Shown one piece after another: positions 1 through 12,397 of a DNA stretch of 64,000 nucleotides (the first letter of the stretch is position 1; each line of letters begins with the position of its first letter). A program made the translations under genes and the position numbers. Source of the stretch: Epiperipatus broadwayi (lineage: Eukaryota; Animalia; Onychophora); assembly GCA_028023455.1 (NCBI GenBank), contig JAQFVV010000010.1:12710001-12774000 (forward strand), in the 5' to 3' direction. The notes below the pieces were generated by a model. It worked only from the letters and a program-made list of their open reading frames with translations, searched no databases and had not been told where the DNA came from.

Positions 1-3000
1 TTTGGGAAAAGATAAGGGGGATTTATATATAAAAGCCATGGAGTTGACAAAGATTATGTTGTGGAAATGGGATGGAGCAGGATATGAGAAAACTTAGAGT
101 GGGGAATGGAAAGGGAAGATAAAATGGCTAACAGATTTCTCTGGGCATAATTGCTGAGAGATTCCTGACTCCATATAAGGGGAAGTCACAGTGTATCACA
201 TCACATGAACAAGATCGTTGTGAGAGTTAACCCGCTGTTATTGAGGAAATTCCTATCCCAGGCACAAATTACCTGAAGGTTAATGAGCTCTTATGATTAT
301 TTTGTATACGTCAGAAATTACTATGAGAGGGAAATATGACTTTATTGTGGACTGAGAAATTAGAACTGTCTCTAGTGAAATACAGTACATCTATATGTGT
401 AGACGTGCAGAGCACTTTTGAGATTGAAATTCTAAATGTTTTACTTAATGTGGATTGCATAATGGTGTTATTTATTTTGTCTGTTTATTCAATAAATTAG
501 TAAATTTTTATTATATTGAGTATTTGAATTAATTTAATTCCCAGTTACTGTATTTTACTGTGATTTGTTATGTTTTAGCAGGTACATAGCAAAAGTTGGC
601 ACAGTTAAAAAATCTGAACTAGCTGTAGGGAACGAAGTGATAAGTTAGGAAGGAATACAGATGTGTTTTGTTTCGCTGGATCAAAAATGTCTTTGGGGCA
701 ATCAAATATACCAGAGTTTGATATTGGTAAGGCAGTGGAACGGCCACTGTATATTATGCAAATTGAACATTTTTTTGTACTTAATGATATTAAAGAGAAT
801 TAATAAAAAAAATAGCAGCTCTTTTAAGTCTGATGAGACGTAAAGTTATTGATATTATAAATAAATATTTTGAGCATCCAATAAATGAGTCAATCATGTA
901 TGAAAACATGATAAAAAAATTGAATGATCTATTTAATCTGAAACCATCTCGTCACATAGCCAGACTAATGCTAAAAAATAGAAAGCAATATGAAAGAGAG
1001 ACTATAAAAGAGTATGATATAGCATTGAGAAAGTTGTCAAAAAACTAGTTATAGAGATTTTGTAGACCAAGTACTGTTAGGATCAATTACTATGGGGGAT
1101 TGCAAATGACGGGGTTTGGAAAAATTTATTTATTGAAGTAGATTTAATGTATGAAAGGCCATTAAGAAGGAAATAGCATATGAACTAATAGTTGAACAGG
1201 CTCTCTCACATTCAGAAATATTTAAGATTCAAAAATATGACTGTTAAACAGAGAGAACACAGGAGAACAAAAAATGGGGAGTTGACAACATTAAAAATAG
1301 AAAAGTAATTTGTTTTTGTGCAGAGTAAAAGGTCATGTTGCATGGTTTTGCCAATAGAAAAACCAGATGTGTTTCAAGTGTAAAGCCAGAGGGCATCTAG
1401 CGAAAGTGTGTAGAAAGGCTGAAACTGTACAGAAATAATATTGTGCTGAAAATAAAAAGCAGTAGAAAAATAAATTGAACGGCCTTCATACATTAAAAAT
1501 ATGAAAGCAATAGTAGAAAAGTTTATGACAAAACTTGAGACATGGGGTACAGAAGTAGAAATGGAGATAGGTAGTGGATCAGGAATCATTATAATATCTG
1601 AAGAACTGTGGAAAAAAATAACACAAAAAAAAATTACATTTATAAAGGCACAAGATGTAAGTTGGAATGAGATAGAGATTAAGGGAATAGAAGTACCAGT
1701 TAAATATAGAAATAAAGAGGTAGAACCTTCTTTATATATAATGAAATGAGATATTAGTCCTATTATAGGGCATGAATGGTTTGATTGAACAGGAAATGAA
1801 AGAATTTCCTAAATTATTTGAAAACTATTTAGGTTTGATCAATACAACCCAGTGGATGTGGAGTTAATGGAGAATGTGATTCTAATAATATGCAAACCTA
1901 GAAAGATACCATTTGCACAATGTGCCAAAATGAAAGAAAAACTTCCTGTTTAATTAAAAATGGAGTATTGACCCAGTATAATTCTCAGAATGGGCCATGT
2001 TTATAGTAGTTATAGCAAAACCTAACAATCAGACTTTGTGAGGATTATAGAATTACAGTGAATAGATTTTTTAATTAAGGGGCATACCTGAGGCCAAATG
2101 TGAGAGAAGTACTGGCATCATTAGCAAATGAAAAAGTTTTTGCGAAGCTGGATTTAAATTCAGCATACTACCAAATAGTAACAAAAAGAATGGCACAAAT
2201 GATAGTACGATGCCTTTTTCTGTTTAAATGTAATAGATTACTGTTCAGAGTAACTACTCACCCCAATATTTTCCAAGCAAAAATAAAAAATATTTAACAA
2301 GGTTTAGAGGGAGTAGTACCGTGTTATGATGACACTGATTTCTGCAGAGTCACTCGATTTATTAGGGAAAAGAGTAAGAAAAGTTTGTGAAAGGTTGAAT
2401 AGAGCAGGAGTTAGGCTAATTGCTGAAAAGTCAGTGTGGCAAACTGATGAATTGATTTTTCTCGGGCATATCATTTTGGAAAAAGCAAGCGGCCTTTTCC
2501 CAAGAAAATGAGAACTGTTAAAAATGCAGAGCTGAAAAATGTAAAGCAATTGCAGGCTTTTCTGGGCTTGATTAATTTTTTTGAGCCATTTCAATGATTG
2601 CACAACCTTTAAACGAATTATTAAAAAAGAACTAAAAATGGGAGTGGTCTGAGAAACAAGGTATAGCTTTTGAAAAGGGAAAGGTGCTCTTGGTGTCTGA
2701 TAATTTGTTAGTGCAGTTTAACGATAATCAGCCAGTTTAGATTACAACTGATGCTTCAGATTGGGGCGTTTGTACAGTTCTATTGCATATGATGGAAAAT
2801 GGGGAGCGGCCAATAGCATATATCTCATGCACATTGTTGAAAGCAGAAAAGAATTATAGTCAAATTGACAAAGAAGTGTTTGCTATAGTTTTTTCATTGA
2901 AAAAGTTCTACTAATACATTTTTGGAAGAGTGTTTAAAATAGTGACAGATCATAAGACTTTTGTAGGTATTTTTGCTCATAATCGGATACCTCCTGAACA

Positions 3001-3134
3001 TTTAAACCTGAGAATGTCTAATGTTTTTAGTTTGGTATGATTATGAATTAACATTTTAAAAAGGAAAAGAAATAACTCATCAGATATGTTATCCAGATTA
3101 CTAGATAAACATGAACCTGTAGCAAATGAAATAG

Positions 3135-3367
3135 ATCACATGATCACCATTTTTTGTGCTTGCTATTATTGAAACAGGCAAAACTTTTCATACAGCAGTG
3201 CCACTCAGTGCAAGCCAGAGTAATCAATGGATGCCAGAAGGCTTGTGCATAAAATCCCTATCTAATTCTTAGTCATCCAATATCTCCGCACTAGTTGTTT
3301 TTGGCATCCATTGATTACTCTGTCTTGCACTGAGTGGCACTACTGTATGGAGAGTTTTGCCTGTTTT
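3135..3367. mobile_element. Short inverted dimer of the CTAG-hammerhead (Penelope pLTR-like) repeat family
   Basis: Left arm is the reverse complement of, and right arm is direct to, the repeat at 13045-13230. The left arm breaks off at ACTAGTT, inside the hammerhead stem III. Confidence 0.8.
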
Positions 3368-3989
3368 AAATGAAAATATATGTAAATCACAATGATGTGG
3401 TGAAATCAAAAACAATAAACAGTTGGATAGTAAGTAGATGGACTAAAGAAGATAAAATTTTAGAAAAATGGATTAGGTCAGGTTGGCCAAACAAAAAACC
3501 TTTGTATCTTGCACAGGGGTTTGGATTAACAGAGATAAGCTAACAGTGTGTCATGATTGTATAGTTTTGGGGAATGAGTAGTGGTACCTATTGCTGGGAG
3601 GCAAATAGTTATAAACTTATTGCAAGAAAGTCATCCAGGCATACGAGCTGAAGTATTAGCATGTAGTCTGGGGGCCTGGAATTAATGCTGGCATTGAAAA
3701 GTTTGTAAAGAAATGTTTTTCATGTCAGGAGGAAATGCAGCTTCCAACAAAAATGTAATAGCATGGCCAGTATCAACCAGACCATGGAAGAGTGTGTACA
3801 TTGATCATACAGGACCAGTAAAGAGAAAATACTGTTAATAATGATCGGTGCTTTCTTAAAATAGATTTAATGCCATATAGTAAATAATACTAGTACAAAC
3901 AAAATTATTAAATATTATATATATATATGTGCTCTGTGCACAGTTAATGAAGCTATTAATAAATTGTCAAAATTTTTTTTTTTTTTTTT

Positions 3990-4038
3990 ACTGCCAAGTG
4001 CTTTCGGGACAGTCTACAGTCCCATATTCATGGCGAGT
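3990..4038 (-). ncRNA. Mirror copy of the A3-U8 hammerhead-like motif
   Basis: Reverse complement of 5809-5857 with the same core; the stem III loop is GCAC. Confidence 0.55.
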
Positions 4039-4083
4039 TATTCTGTTAATAACTGTAAAACTATGCAAATTTATATGCAGATG

Positions 4084-4971
4084 TTACATGGACCATTTAC
4101 AAGATGGGGAATAGCAGGCCTCTCTTCTGTTGATTGCCGATGGGTCAGCCGCAATGAAGTAAGCTTCTCTAACTTTACGTTTGGTGTCGTTTGTTTCAGA
4201 GCAAACAACACTGGCTGTGGTAGGTAGAAAAGCATGTCCAGAGTTTCTTTCATGTTCGACAAAAATCGAATTACCTTCAGATTTTGTTTTGGTTTTATTG
4301 TAAAGGTATCGGTGTTGAGCTACTCTGGTGGCAATGTTTGTTTTGGTCTCTCCGTAATATGTTGCCATGCAATTTCTTTGGGGGCAGGTAATTTTGTACA
4401 CAACTTGAGGAGTGAGTTCAGGTTTGATCCTGTCTTTGGTATTAATTATCAGTCTATTGGTATTGGGAGGTGAACAGAAGGCGACTTCAAAGTCACATGA
4501 TAGTTGATTGATAAGGCTTTTAGCTGTAGAGTGAACGTATGGGATTAAGATTCTTGGTTTGTTTTCTTTCTTGTGGTTGTGGTTTATTTTATAGAAAAAT
4601 TTGTTGATTTTTCTGTTGATGGATGAATAAGTGTGTCCAATTTTCCTTAAATCAGTTATATAATTGATGAGATTTTTTCTTTTATCTGCCTCATATTTGC
4701 ACAAGTTATGGTTTCTAAACAAGAATGAGGAGAGGGCTGCAAGTTTGTGTGAGTGAGGCGCATAAGAATTGGGATTTGTCAAGCCTCTTGCTTCCAAAGG
4801 TTTGATTACCATTTGGTAGTCCAGCTTCTCTATGTTTTTGATAACATATATGTCAAGGTATTTGACCTGTTTGTCTTGGTTTTCCCAAGTAATAGTAAAA
4901 GTGAGTTTGGTATTATTATGGAGGCTATTGTAAAGATTAGAGATGATGTCTTCTGGGGCAGCAACAAACAT
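4084..4971 (-). CDS. PLE polyprotein C-terminal fragment (RT thumb plus GIY-YIG endonuclease), 5'-truncated
   Basis: 295-aa ORF with FTITWE...YLDIYV...MVIKP (PLE RT thumb) and VVYKITC...YYGETK...R..QH...EH...GH...R..REA (GIY-YIG). Confidence 0.85.
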   Translation of the reverse strand: MFVAAPEDIISNLYNSLHNNTKLTFTITWENQDKQVKYLDIYVIKNIEKLDYQMVIKPLEARGLTNPNSYAPHSHKLAALSSFLFRNHNLCKYEADKRKNLINYITDLRKIGHTYSSINRKINKFFYKINHNHKKENKPRILIPYVHSTAKSLINQLSCDFEVAFCSPPNTNRLIINTKDRIKPELTPQVVYKITCPQRNCMATYYGETKTNIATRVAQHRYLYNKTKTKSEGNSIFVEHERNSGHAFLPTTASVVCSETNDTKRKVREAYFIAADPSAINRREACYSPSCKWSM

Positions 4972-5750
4972 GTCAAATACCTTGACATATATGTTAGCAA
5001 AAACAGAGAAGCTGGACTATCAAATGGTAGTCAAACCTTTGGAAGTAAGAGGCTTGACAAACCCCAATTCTTATGCACCTCACTCACACAAACTTGCAGC
5101 CCTCTCCTCATTCTTGTTTAGAAACCATAACTTGTGCAAATATGAGGCAGATAAAAGAAAAAATCTCATCAATTATATAACTGATTTAAGGAAAATTGGA
5201 CACACTTATTCATCCATCAACAGAAAAGTCAACAAATTTTTCTATAAAATAAACCACAGCCACAAGAAAGAAAACAAACCAAGAATCTTAATCCCATACG
5301 TTCACTCTACAGCTAAAAGCCTTATCAATCAACTATCATGTGACTTTGAAGTCGCCTTCCGTTCACCTCCCAACACCAATAGACTGATAAATAATACCAA
5401 AGACAGGATCAAACCTGAACTCACCCCTCAAGTTGTGTACAAAATTACCTGCCCCCAAAGAAATTGCATGGCAACATATTACGGAGAGACCAAAACTAAC
5501 ATTGCCACCAGAGTAGCTCAACACTGATACCTTTACAATAAAACCAAAACAAAGTCTGAAGGTAATTCGATTTTTGTCGAACATGAAAGAAACTCTGGAC
5601 ATGCTTTTCTACCTACCACAGCCAGTGTCGTTTGCTCTGAAACAAACGACACCAAACGTAAAGTTAGGGAAGCTTACTTCATTGCGGCTGACCCATCGGC
5701 AAACAACAGAAGAGAGGCCTGCTATTCCCTATCTCGTAAATGGTCCACGT
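4943..5750 (+). pseudogene. Second (plus-strand) PLE RT/GIY-YIG copy with a 2-nt deletion and a premature TGA
   Basis: Near-identical to the minus copy. It lacks TA near 4996-5005 and has CAC TGA where the other arm reads His-Arg (stop at 5525-5527). Confidence 0.85.
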
Positions 5751-5808
5751 AACATCTGCATATAAATTTGCATAAAATTTGCGTAGTTTTACAGTTATTA
5801 ACAGAATA

Positions 5809-5857
5809 ACTCGCCATGAATATGGGACTGTAGACTGTCCCGAAAGCGCTTGGCAGT
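5809..5857 (+). ncRNA. Atypical minimal type I hammerhead ribozyme (A3-U8 core) at the PLE 3' end
   Basis: ACT(C)GCC-ATGAATA-T-GGGAC(TGTAGACT)GTCCC-GAAA-GCGC-TT-GGCAGT gives stem I, stem II and a palindromic stem III around a variant core. Confidence 0.6.
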
Positions 5858-6738
5858 AAAAAAAAAAAAAAAAAAATTTTGACAATTTATTAATAGCTTC
5901 ATTAACTGTGCGCAGAGCACATATATATATTAATTTATTTAAGCGTTAATGAAGTAAAATCTTAACTAAATATTATAATATTTTTTTCCAATATACAGTT
6001 TTCCCGAAGTCATTGTGTCCGACAATAGAGCAAGTTTCAGGGGACACAGAATGCAACAGTATTTTGAAAGTAGGAGTATTAACCATATTCTGACACCACC
6101 ATAGCCTCTGAGTCGAATGGACAGGCAGAAAAAACAATACAACAAATGAAGAAAAGTTTATTGAAGATGAAGATATCAGATATGCAAGAAGCATTACAAG
6201 AAATAATGCTGTGTCAACATTCGACACCATCCACAGCCAGAGGAAAATCATCGGCAGATTTGTTTTTAGGAAAGAAGCTAAAGATTAATCTGTCATTACT
6301 TCAACCAGTAAAAAAAGATTCATTAGGCAACATAAAACTTCATACAAACTTTAGTGTTGGAGACAGAGTATGGGTATGTGATATATTGCATAAGAAATAG
6401 ATGAAAGGAGTGATTGATAAAATAATAGCGAATAAAATTTGTGTGATTCTAGGATCAGAATAATTTTAAATATTTGGACACATAAATAATTTGAGAAGAT
6501 GTGAAGAGGACATCACACAGATTTTATGGCCATTAGAATCGAAAATAAAAGTGAATGTCAAACCAAATGTGATGAAATGTGTAGAAATCGGAAATGAAGA
6601 AGGAAACGAACAAAACTCAGAATGAAATGGTGGAAAATACAGGAAATAAATTAAATTGGCCAATATGGGAAAAACATAAGCTGAAAAAATTAGAAGATTA
6701 TAAAACATGTAAAGGGCGTTCTGGAATCGGGGGAGGAG

Positions 6739-7615
6739 TGTTATATAAGAAGAGAAGTTAGAGGGTAGTTGAAATTGAAAAAGAATTGTACAATATAAAT
6801 TGTAATCACCGGAAATCTAAAAGTTGGAAATTATAAAAGCACATTGTTTTCAAAGTAAAGTACTCCAGTAGAAAAGATAAATAATTAATTATAGAAAAAC
6901 ATTGTTTAAATAAAAACAAAAGGATAATCATTTGTTTAATAAGAAATAACTAATTACAGAATTTTGAAATGCCAAAGTCCTGCTCCTTTAATTAATGAAA
7001 TAATAATGGTAAGAAAAAGTGAAAATCAAAAAACAGGAAAGATTATGTTGTGATTAAATTAAAATATACTAATTAAATCTGTTAAGGCAAGATTTAATTA
7101 GTGTGAAGATAAGAAAATATGTAGTGATATAAATAGGGAGAAATTTTAGCTACAACTGTTCTGCATTTTCATTGTCTTTCATGGAAAACGTCTCTGTCGT
7201 CGAGCATTTAGCTGAACAAGATCGCCGTGAATGTTAACCCATTGTCATTGAGGAGTATCCTATCCCAGGCACAGTTAGGATTGCATAGAGATTGCCCTGA
7301 TCTTATTATTTTTTATACGCCTGAGAAGGCTTGCAGAAGAATTACTACCAGAAAGTAATATGACTTTATTTTGTCAGTTAGATTTTTAATCAATATTGTG
7401 GACTGAGAAATTAGAACTATCTTTAGTGAAATACATCTATATGTGTAGATGTGCAGAACAATATTGAATTGGAATTCTAAATGTTTCAGTTAATGTGGAC
7501 TGCATAGTGGTGTTATATATTTTCTGTTTATTCAGTAAATAAGTAAATTTTCATTATTTTGGATATTTGAATTTATTTAATTCCCAGTTATCGTATTTTG
7601 CTGTGATCTATTACA
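6739..7615 (+). repeat. 3' LTR of the decayed Gypsy element; related sequence at about 205-575
   Basis: Starts TG directly after the PPT and ends TTACA. About 7214-7610 aligns by eye with about 205-570 (GAACAAGATCG...CCTATCCCAGGCACA...GTGGACTGAGAAATTAGAACT...CTGTGAT) with many differences. Confidence 0.7.
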
Positions 7616-7979
7616 TTTTTTTGTTAGCAGTTCACTTTAAATGTCTATATTTCATTTCAGTGTATAGGGTGTGTTTATATACAGGTATATGTTATATGAA
7701 TTTTATAATTTATATTCTCATTAGCCATAGTCCATTCTTAAAAATATTCTAATAACTAATAATTTTATAGCAATAATAGTTCTCTTCTTTTATTCTGCCA
7801 TGTACTGACTGGTTTAATGTGTTTATTTAATAAAGATATATATGTGTACATGCATGGTTGGTTAATACAGGCAGTGTTATGTCATTCTAAAAATAGTAGT
7901 ATTCAGAAAAGTAGAGTTAAGCAAACTTCGAGTAACCTACATATTCTAATTTGTATAACAAATTGTCTAATTATTTTAT

Positions 7980-9330
7980 TTTGATATTGTCTAGATCTTT
8001 GCATAGCCAAAACTCAATAAACTATCCACAATCTGTTGTCAATGCACTCTTACTAAGATCTTTAAATATATAAAGAGTGAAACACACAAATGAAATATCT
8101 TTGAGATTTTTATCTGCCTAAAAGTTTAAGTTAATTCCATTCAACAGGCAAAGATAAATTGTTAAAAGCAGATTAGTAAATAATTTTCACAATAAACTTC
8201 TATTCAATACTTTATAATAAATCATAATTATGTCAAAGGCTAACTGGTTTCCAAATATAATTCACATGGTCAAAGCTTAATAAATCAATAGAATATCCAC
8301 AATTGGGGGGACATCTGTAGAAAAAGGCATACCACTTTTTACTTTGGTGTAAGATCTTTAAATAGACAAAGGATGAAATGTGACTGAAACACATGGGGAA
8401 TTTTTATCTGATTAAAAGTCTAAAATAAATCCCATTCAACAGACAAAGATAATAAACTGGTTGAAATAGATTAATAATTAATCCTTTTTACAACTTTTCA
8501 AACAAATTTCTATACAGATAAAAATCTCAATCCATTTCAGTCATGAATGGAATACATCTCTTATTTATAGAAGTTGCCTTGACAACAAATTGTGAATATT
8601 CTATTGATTTATGAAGTTTTGACTGTTTTGCTGTGAATTACATTTAGTAACCACTATCTACTTAACTATTATTAAGTTATGATTTACTATATCTAAAGTA
8701 ATATTTGAATACAAGTGTAATGTATATACTGAAATTTGAATGTAATTAGAGGGGATTTGAAGACAGACTTTTAAGTTCCCTTCAGTTAGGACAATAATAT
8801 TGGCATCAACAAAAGCTTTGCGTATTCCATCATCAGGAATTGGAGGATGGAGATTAAAATCTGCCCATTAAAGTTTGAAGATTTTCTATCTTAATATGAA
8901 CTGAGTACTGATTATATATGGGTGTGGGAGATGATGATCTGGACCAACTGATGAGTGCTGGTTCAGCAAGTAATACATATGAGACCATCTTTTTTCCATG
9001 TGTGTGGTCATGTCTATCAGTTATATAGGTTGGAGTACATAGCTGAAGTTATGTTGAAATCCCCTCTAATTATATCAAATAGGAGTTTATTTGAGAAGTT
9101 GTAAAAATGATTATTTATTAATCTAACTTCAAGCAGTTCATTTCTGCCTGTAAATGAGGTTTATTTAAAACTTTTAGATATAAAAATCTTAATCTTTTTC
9201 AGTCATGTATTTCATTCTTTGTCTATTTTAAGATGTTAGATTAGGACTTTATTTTTTTATTTACAGAGATTTACTTTGATAACAGATTGTGGATATTCTA
9301 TTGGTATATTAAGCTTGACTATAGAAGATA
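7980..9330. repeat. Degenerate direct and inverted repeats (unit about 290 bp), probably an old PLE-type relic
   Basis: 8050-8330 resembles 8340-8600, and 9075-9320 is a diverged reverse complement of 8270-8510. A dead hammerhead lies between them at 8943-8980. Confidence 0.45.
8943..8980 (+). ncRNA. Degenerate hammerhead of the TACGTA family (probably inactive)
   Basis: ACCAA-CTGATGA-GTGCTG(GTT)CAGCA is present, but GAAA is changed to GTAA and the 3' strand of stem I is lost. Confidence 0.55.
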
Positions 9331-11424
9331 TGGTTTAATTTCCATTTATATATGTACTCAATGAAACATTGATACATCCATTTTTTTGTCAAATTGCCCA
9401 CATAAAATGATCATTAATGAATTTATTCATTTCACCAATTACATATAGTTTGAAATATTGTATTTATTAATTATTATTATTATATATGCTCGAGTAATTT
9501 GGCCTAAAGTTAGATTTTATAAATCCTTGAAAGACCATTTTCTCTATTTCTAACCACTATTTTAAATTGAGTTATATTCTTTTCACAATTTATTTGACTT
9601 TTTCATCTGCTGTCTTGTTTTTTCATGCATTTTTTTTCTAATATTTCTTTCAATACTCAATCCATTGTAAAGTTGTCTAACAATATGAATAGTTAATGAT
9701 ATTTAGAAGATCATCACAAAAAATATTAATGATATATAAAGAAATCTGATCCATGATTCATTTTTTGGATTCAGTAATATTTTTTCAGAATAAAAAGATA
9801 TTCTGGAGAAATTCTAATAATCTTTTTCTTGGATAAACTATATCTTTCTGATAAAGTCTTTTGTTTTTTAGTTTATTAACAATATAGAAATTTTGGTTAT
9901 ATTGTAATAATTATCAAAAAGATAAAATAATTACAAACATTTTTAGACAATATTATTTTACAATTCAGGAATTTAATTAATCCTAAATTATAATTCAAAT
10001 TGAGTTCCAAGAGATTTTCCATGAATTAGAGACTATTTTTAGAAATCAATAAAATTTAAACTTTTGATACCATTTGTATTTTTATCAACAGATAATGGTG
10101 AAATGTAGTATACCTTAATATGAAAGTCAAAAAATAGGTTATAAAAAGAGATTTTGACTCCCTTTTAGCAATTTTTGAAACTAACTACTCAATTTTTCAT
10201 TGTTTTGAAATATAAAAGATAAAAAGTGAGAGAAATATGAATCCAAACATTACATTTAATTCTTGACCTGATTTTCCTTAGGATTGATAAATTTGTCTTG
10301 TTACATTACCACTGCCCCACAATCAATAAAATATCCTTAAGATAATTTATGAACAGCTTGATACAATAAATTTTTTTTTTTTACATTAATAAGATTTTTT
10401 AATGAATATTCTTTTCAGGAAATCTTTGTTCATAGAAATTTACAACACACATTGTCTTTATTAATTCATTTCTTCAGTATAGTCTCATTTTAACTACCCA
10501 AATCAGCCCATGAACATACTTTGTACATTTATTCCCTATTCTATTTTTTTTTAATTTTATTTCCTGAATTTGTATTATGCTACATTTAGTCTTTTTTTCT
10601 TTAATATGTATCAAGTTGGAGAAAAATTATATTGAAATTTTAAATTGTGGGCAAACAGGTATTTGAAATTATTGTAATAATGTTCTTATTGAAATTTGGA
10701 TGTAAATAATAAGTTTTTTTTGTCACTTTTGCTCTATCTGCATAGAACATTTAAAATTTGTGAAATAGCTAAATTTTAGAAACTTATTCTGCTTCAGAAT
10801 CAGTGGAGGGATTTAGTTGTTTCTCACTGGTTCAGCAGAACCGATACCGAATTTATTGTTGAGTTTAGTGAACTGTTTGTTAAACCTAATGGCTATTAGT
10901 CTATTTGGCCAACCTCTATAGGAATAGGATTCTATTCCTACAGTGAAAAGATGATTAATGATAAATCACTAGGCCAATGAAGCTCAGGTAAAAGTGAAGA
11001 AAATTGCAAATGAGGATTCCAATAAAGAAGCAGTATGGAAATATCTTAAATAACAGTTTTATTGTTTTCTGTTAACTATTATTTAATATGTTTTCATTAA
11101 TATTTTAAAACTCTTATTTATAACATAATCAAGTTTTGTGGACCTTTTTTATTATTCTTATTTTAAGTATTAACTGCATGAAATAATAAACTATCTTTCG
11201 ATATATATATATATGTACTTAAAATGGTCATTGGGTCATCAACAAACTGGTTGTTAAATTATTTGAATCCTATCATTGATCAGAATAAATATTTGTTCTA
11301 ATCTTATGTAGATTTATGCTTTTTCAATTACAATAAAGCTATTTATTTTAAATTGTTTTGTAATAAATTATTCACAAATTTTGATTTTACTAATAGATTT
11401 TATATATAAGTATTTGTGTTTTAG

Positions 11425-11573
11425 ACAAGTACGTACATATCAACTCAATCGTCCAGTAGGAAAGATTTGGCAATATGTTGTCAAAAAGTATTTTGCTTAT
11501 GTTGGATGGTATGAAAAGTATCTTGAAACTAAATTTCCAAAAGCCTATAAAGTCTATCAAATTTTTATAATAG
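11425..11573 (+). CDS. LETMD1: LETM1 domain-containing protein 1-like, internal exon A (QVRTYQ...YVGWYEKYLETKFPKAYKVYQIFIIG)
   Basis: TTAG acceptor and GTGAGT donor; ends in phase 1. The Y-E-K-Y-L-E-x-x-F-P-x-A-x-x-V-Y motif is recalled from the LETMD1 N-terminal region. Confidence 0.8.
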
Positions 11574-11954
11574 GTGAGTTGTGTTTATTTTATTTTTTAA
11601 ATAGTAAATGAGCAGTTAAATTTTTTTATCTAATTAATCATAGAATTTTTTTTTAATGTAGATGTTCGCTAATGAAAGTTTTCAGTTTTTATTTCAGATT
11701 TAACAAGTTAAATTAAGGTGGGAATGGAGTCTTATTAATTAGAATAAAAATGATAAAATAATTAAAAATAATACTTTGATGTTTTTGTTAATTCTTAAGA
11801 TTAATTTTATTGTAAAAATTTTTTTTTGATTGCTTTTGGTGACTTAAAACTAACTTTGTTTTTACTTCTGAAACAAAAAGATAAAAAGAATGAACATGTC
11901 TTATGTTGTGTAAAATTAAAATGATCAATACATTATTATAATTGATTAATTATT

Positions 11955-12063
11955 ATTATTATTTTTTTATGTGTCAAAGCATCTGGCCGGGAAGCGAACC
12001 CACAAATCCGGGACAACTGCTTGTAAGGCAGTTGTGCTGATCATTCGGCTACCAACGCTTGAC
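11955..12063 (-). mobile_element. tRNA-derived short retroposon (SINE-like) with a TAC anticodon loop
   Basis: Minus strand 11979-12058 has an A-box (TAGCCGAATGA), the hairpin ACAACTGC-CTTACAA-GCAGTTGT, a B-box-like GGTTCGCTTCCC and an A/TAA-rich tail. 15-bp TSD AATTGATTAATTATT at 11940-11954 and 12064-12078. Confidence 0.75.
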
Positions 12064-12397
12064 AATTGATTAATTATTGATTCTAAAAAATAACAAATAA
12101 AAAAAATATATTTTAATATTTATTGCTAAAAACCTGAAACAAATTTTTTTTTTATTAATTTCAATAATAAAATTTGTATATTTTTCCCCCTCTATTTTTT
12201 ACCATGCATGTATCTAAAGCTGGGTCAAATTTCAGACATTCGTTTATTATTGGGATTAGCAATCATCTCCAATCGTATGTGCAACATCAAAAGATCGATC
12301 TTATTTTAATTTGTCATCTTTTTATGCTTGCTGATCTCAAGTCTGAAGATGTTTCATCACCAAGATTTTCAGAATGCAATCCTTGTATTGATGGACA

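Larger units (their letters stand above)
3920..5966. mobile_element. Penelope-like element (PLE): two 5'-truncated copies in inverted orientation, inserted in the Gypsy integrase
   Basis: Arms of about 960 bp (about 3916-4872 and 4963-5930) are reverse complements around a spacer of about 90 bp. Both encode an RT C-terminus plus GIY-YIG domain. Flanked by an 11-bp duplication TAAATATTATA (3909-3919 and 5967-5977), across which the integrase reading resumes. Confidence 0.9.
1..7615 (+). mobile_element. Decayed Ty3/Gypsy LTR retrotransposon (gag, protease, RT, RNase H and integrase relics), interrupted by two later insertions
   Basis: Fragmented ORFs in Gypsy order: gag-like 833-1048, protease-like 1501-1749 (MEIGSGSG), RT 2100-2511 (FAKLDLNSAYYQI), RNase H about 2700-3100 (ITTDASDWG), integrase about 3500-3915 continuing at 5978-6400 (FPEVIVSDN). 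There are many stops and frameshifts. Polypurine tract GGGGGAGGAG at 6729-6738. Confidence 0.85.

Noticed and set aside
828-850. Other CTGATGA matches (828, 2445, 15995, 39990, 41025) considered as hammerheads
   Set aside because: None has a stem II followed by GAAA and a closing stem I. They lie in TE coding relics or an LTR.
10770-11400. Search for the LETMD1 start exon upstream of 11425
   Set aside because: No ATG-containing segment with an open frame and a phase-2 donor could be supported. It may lie elsewhere or outside the window.
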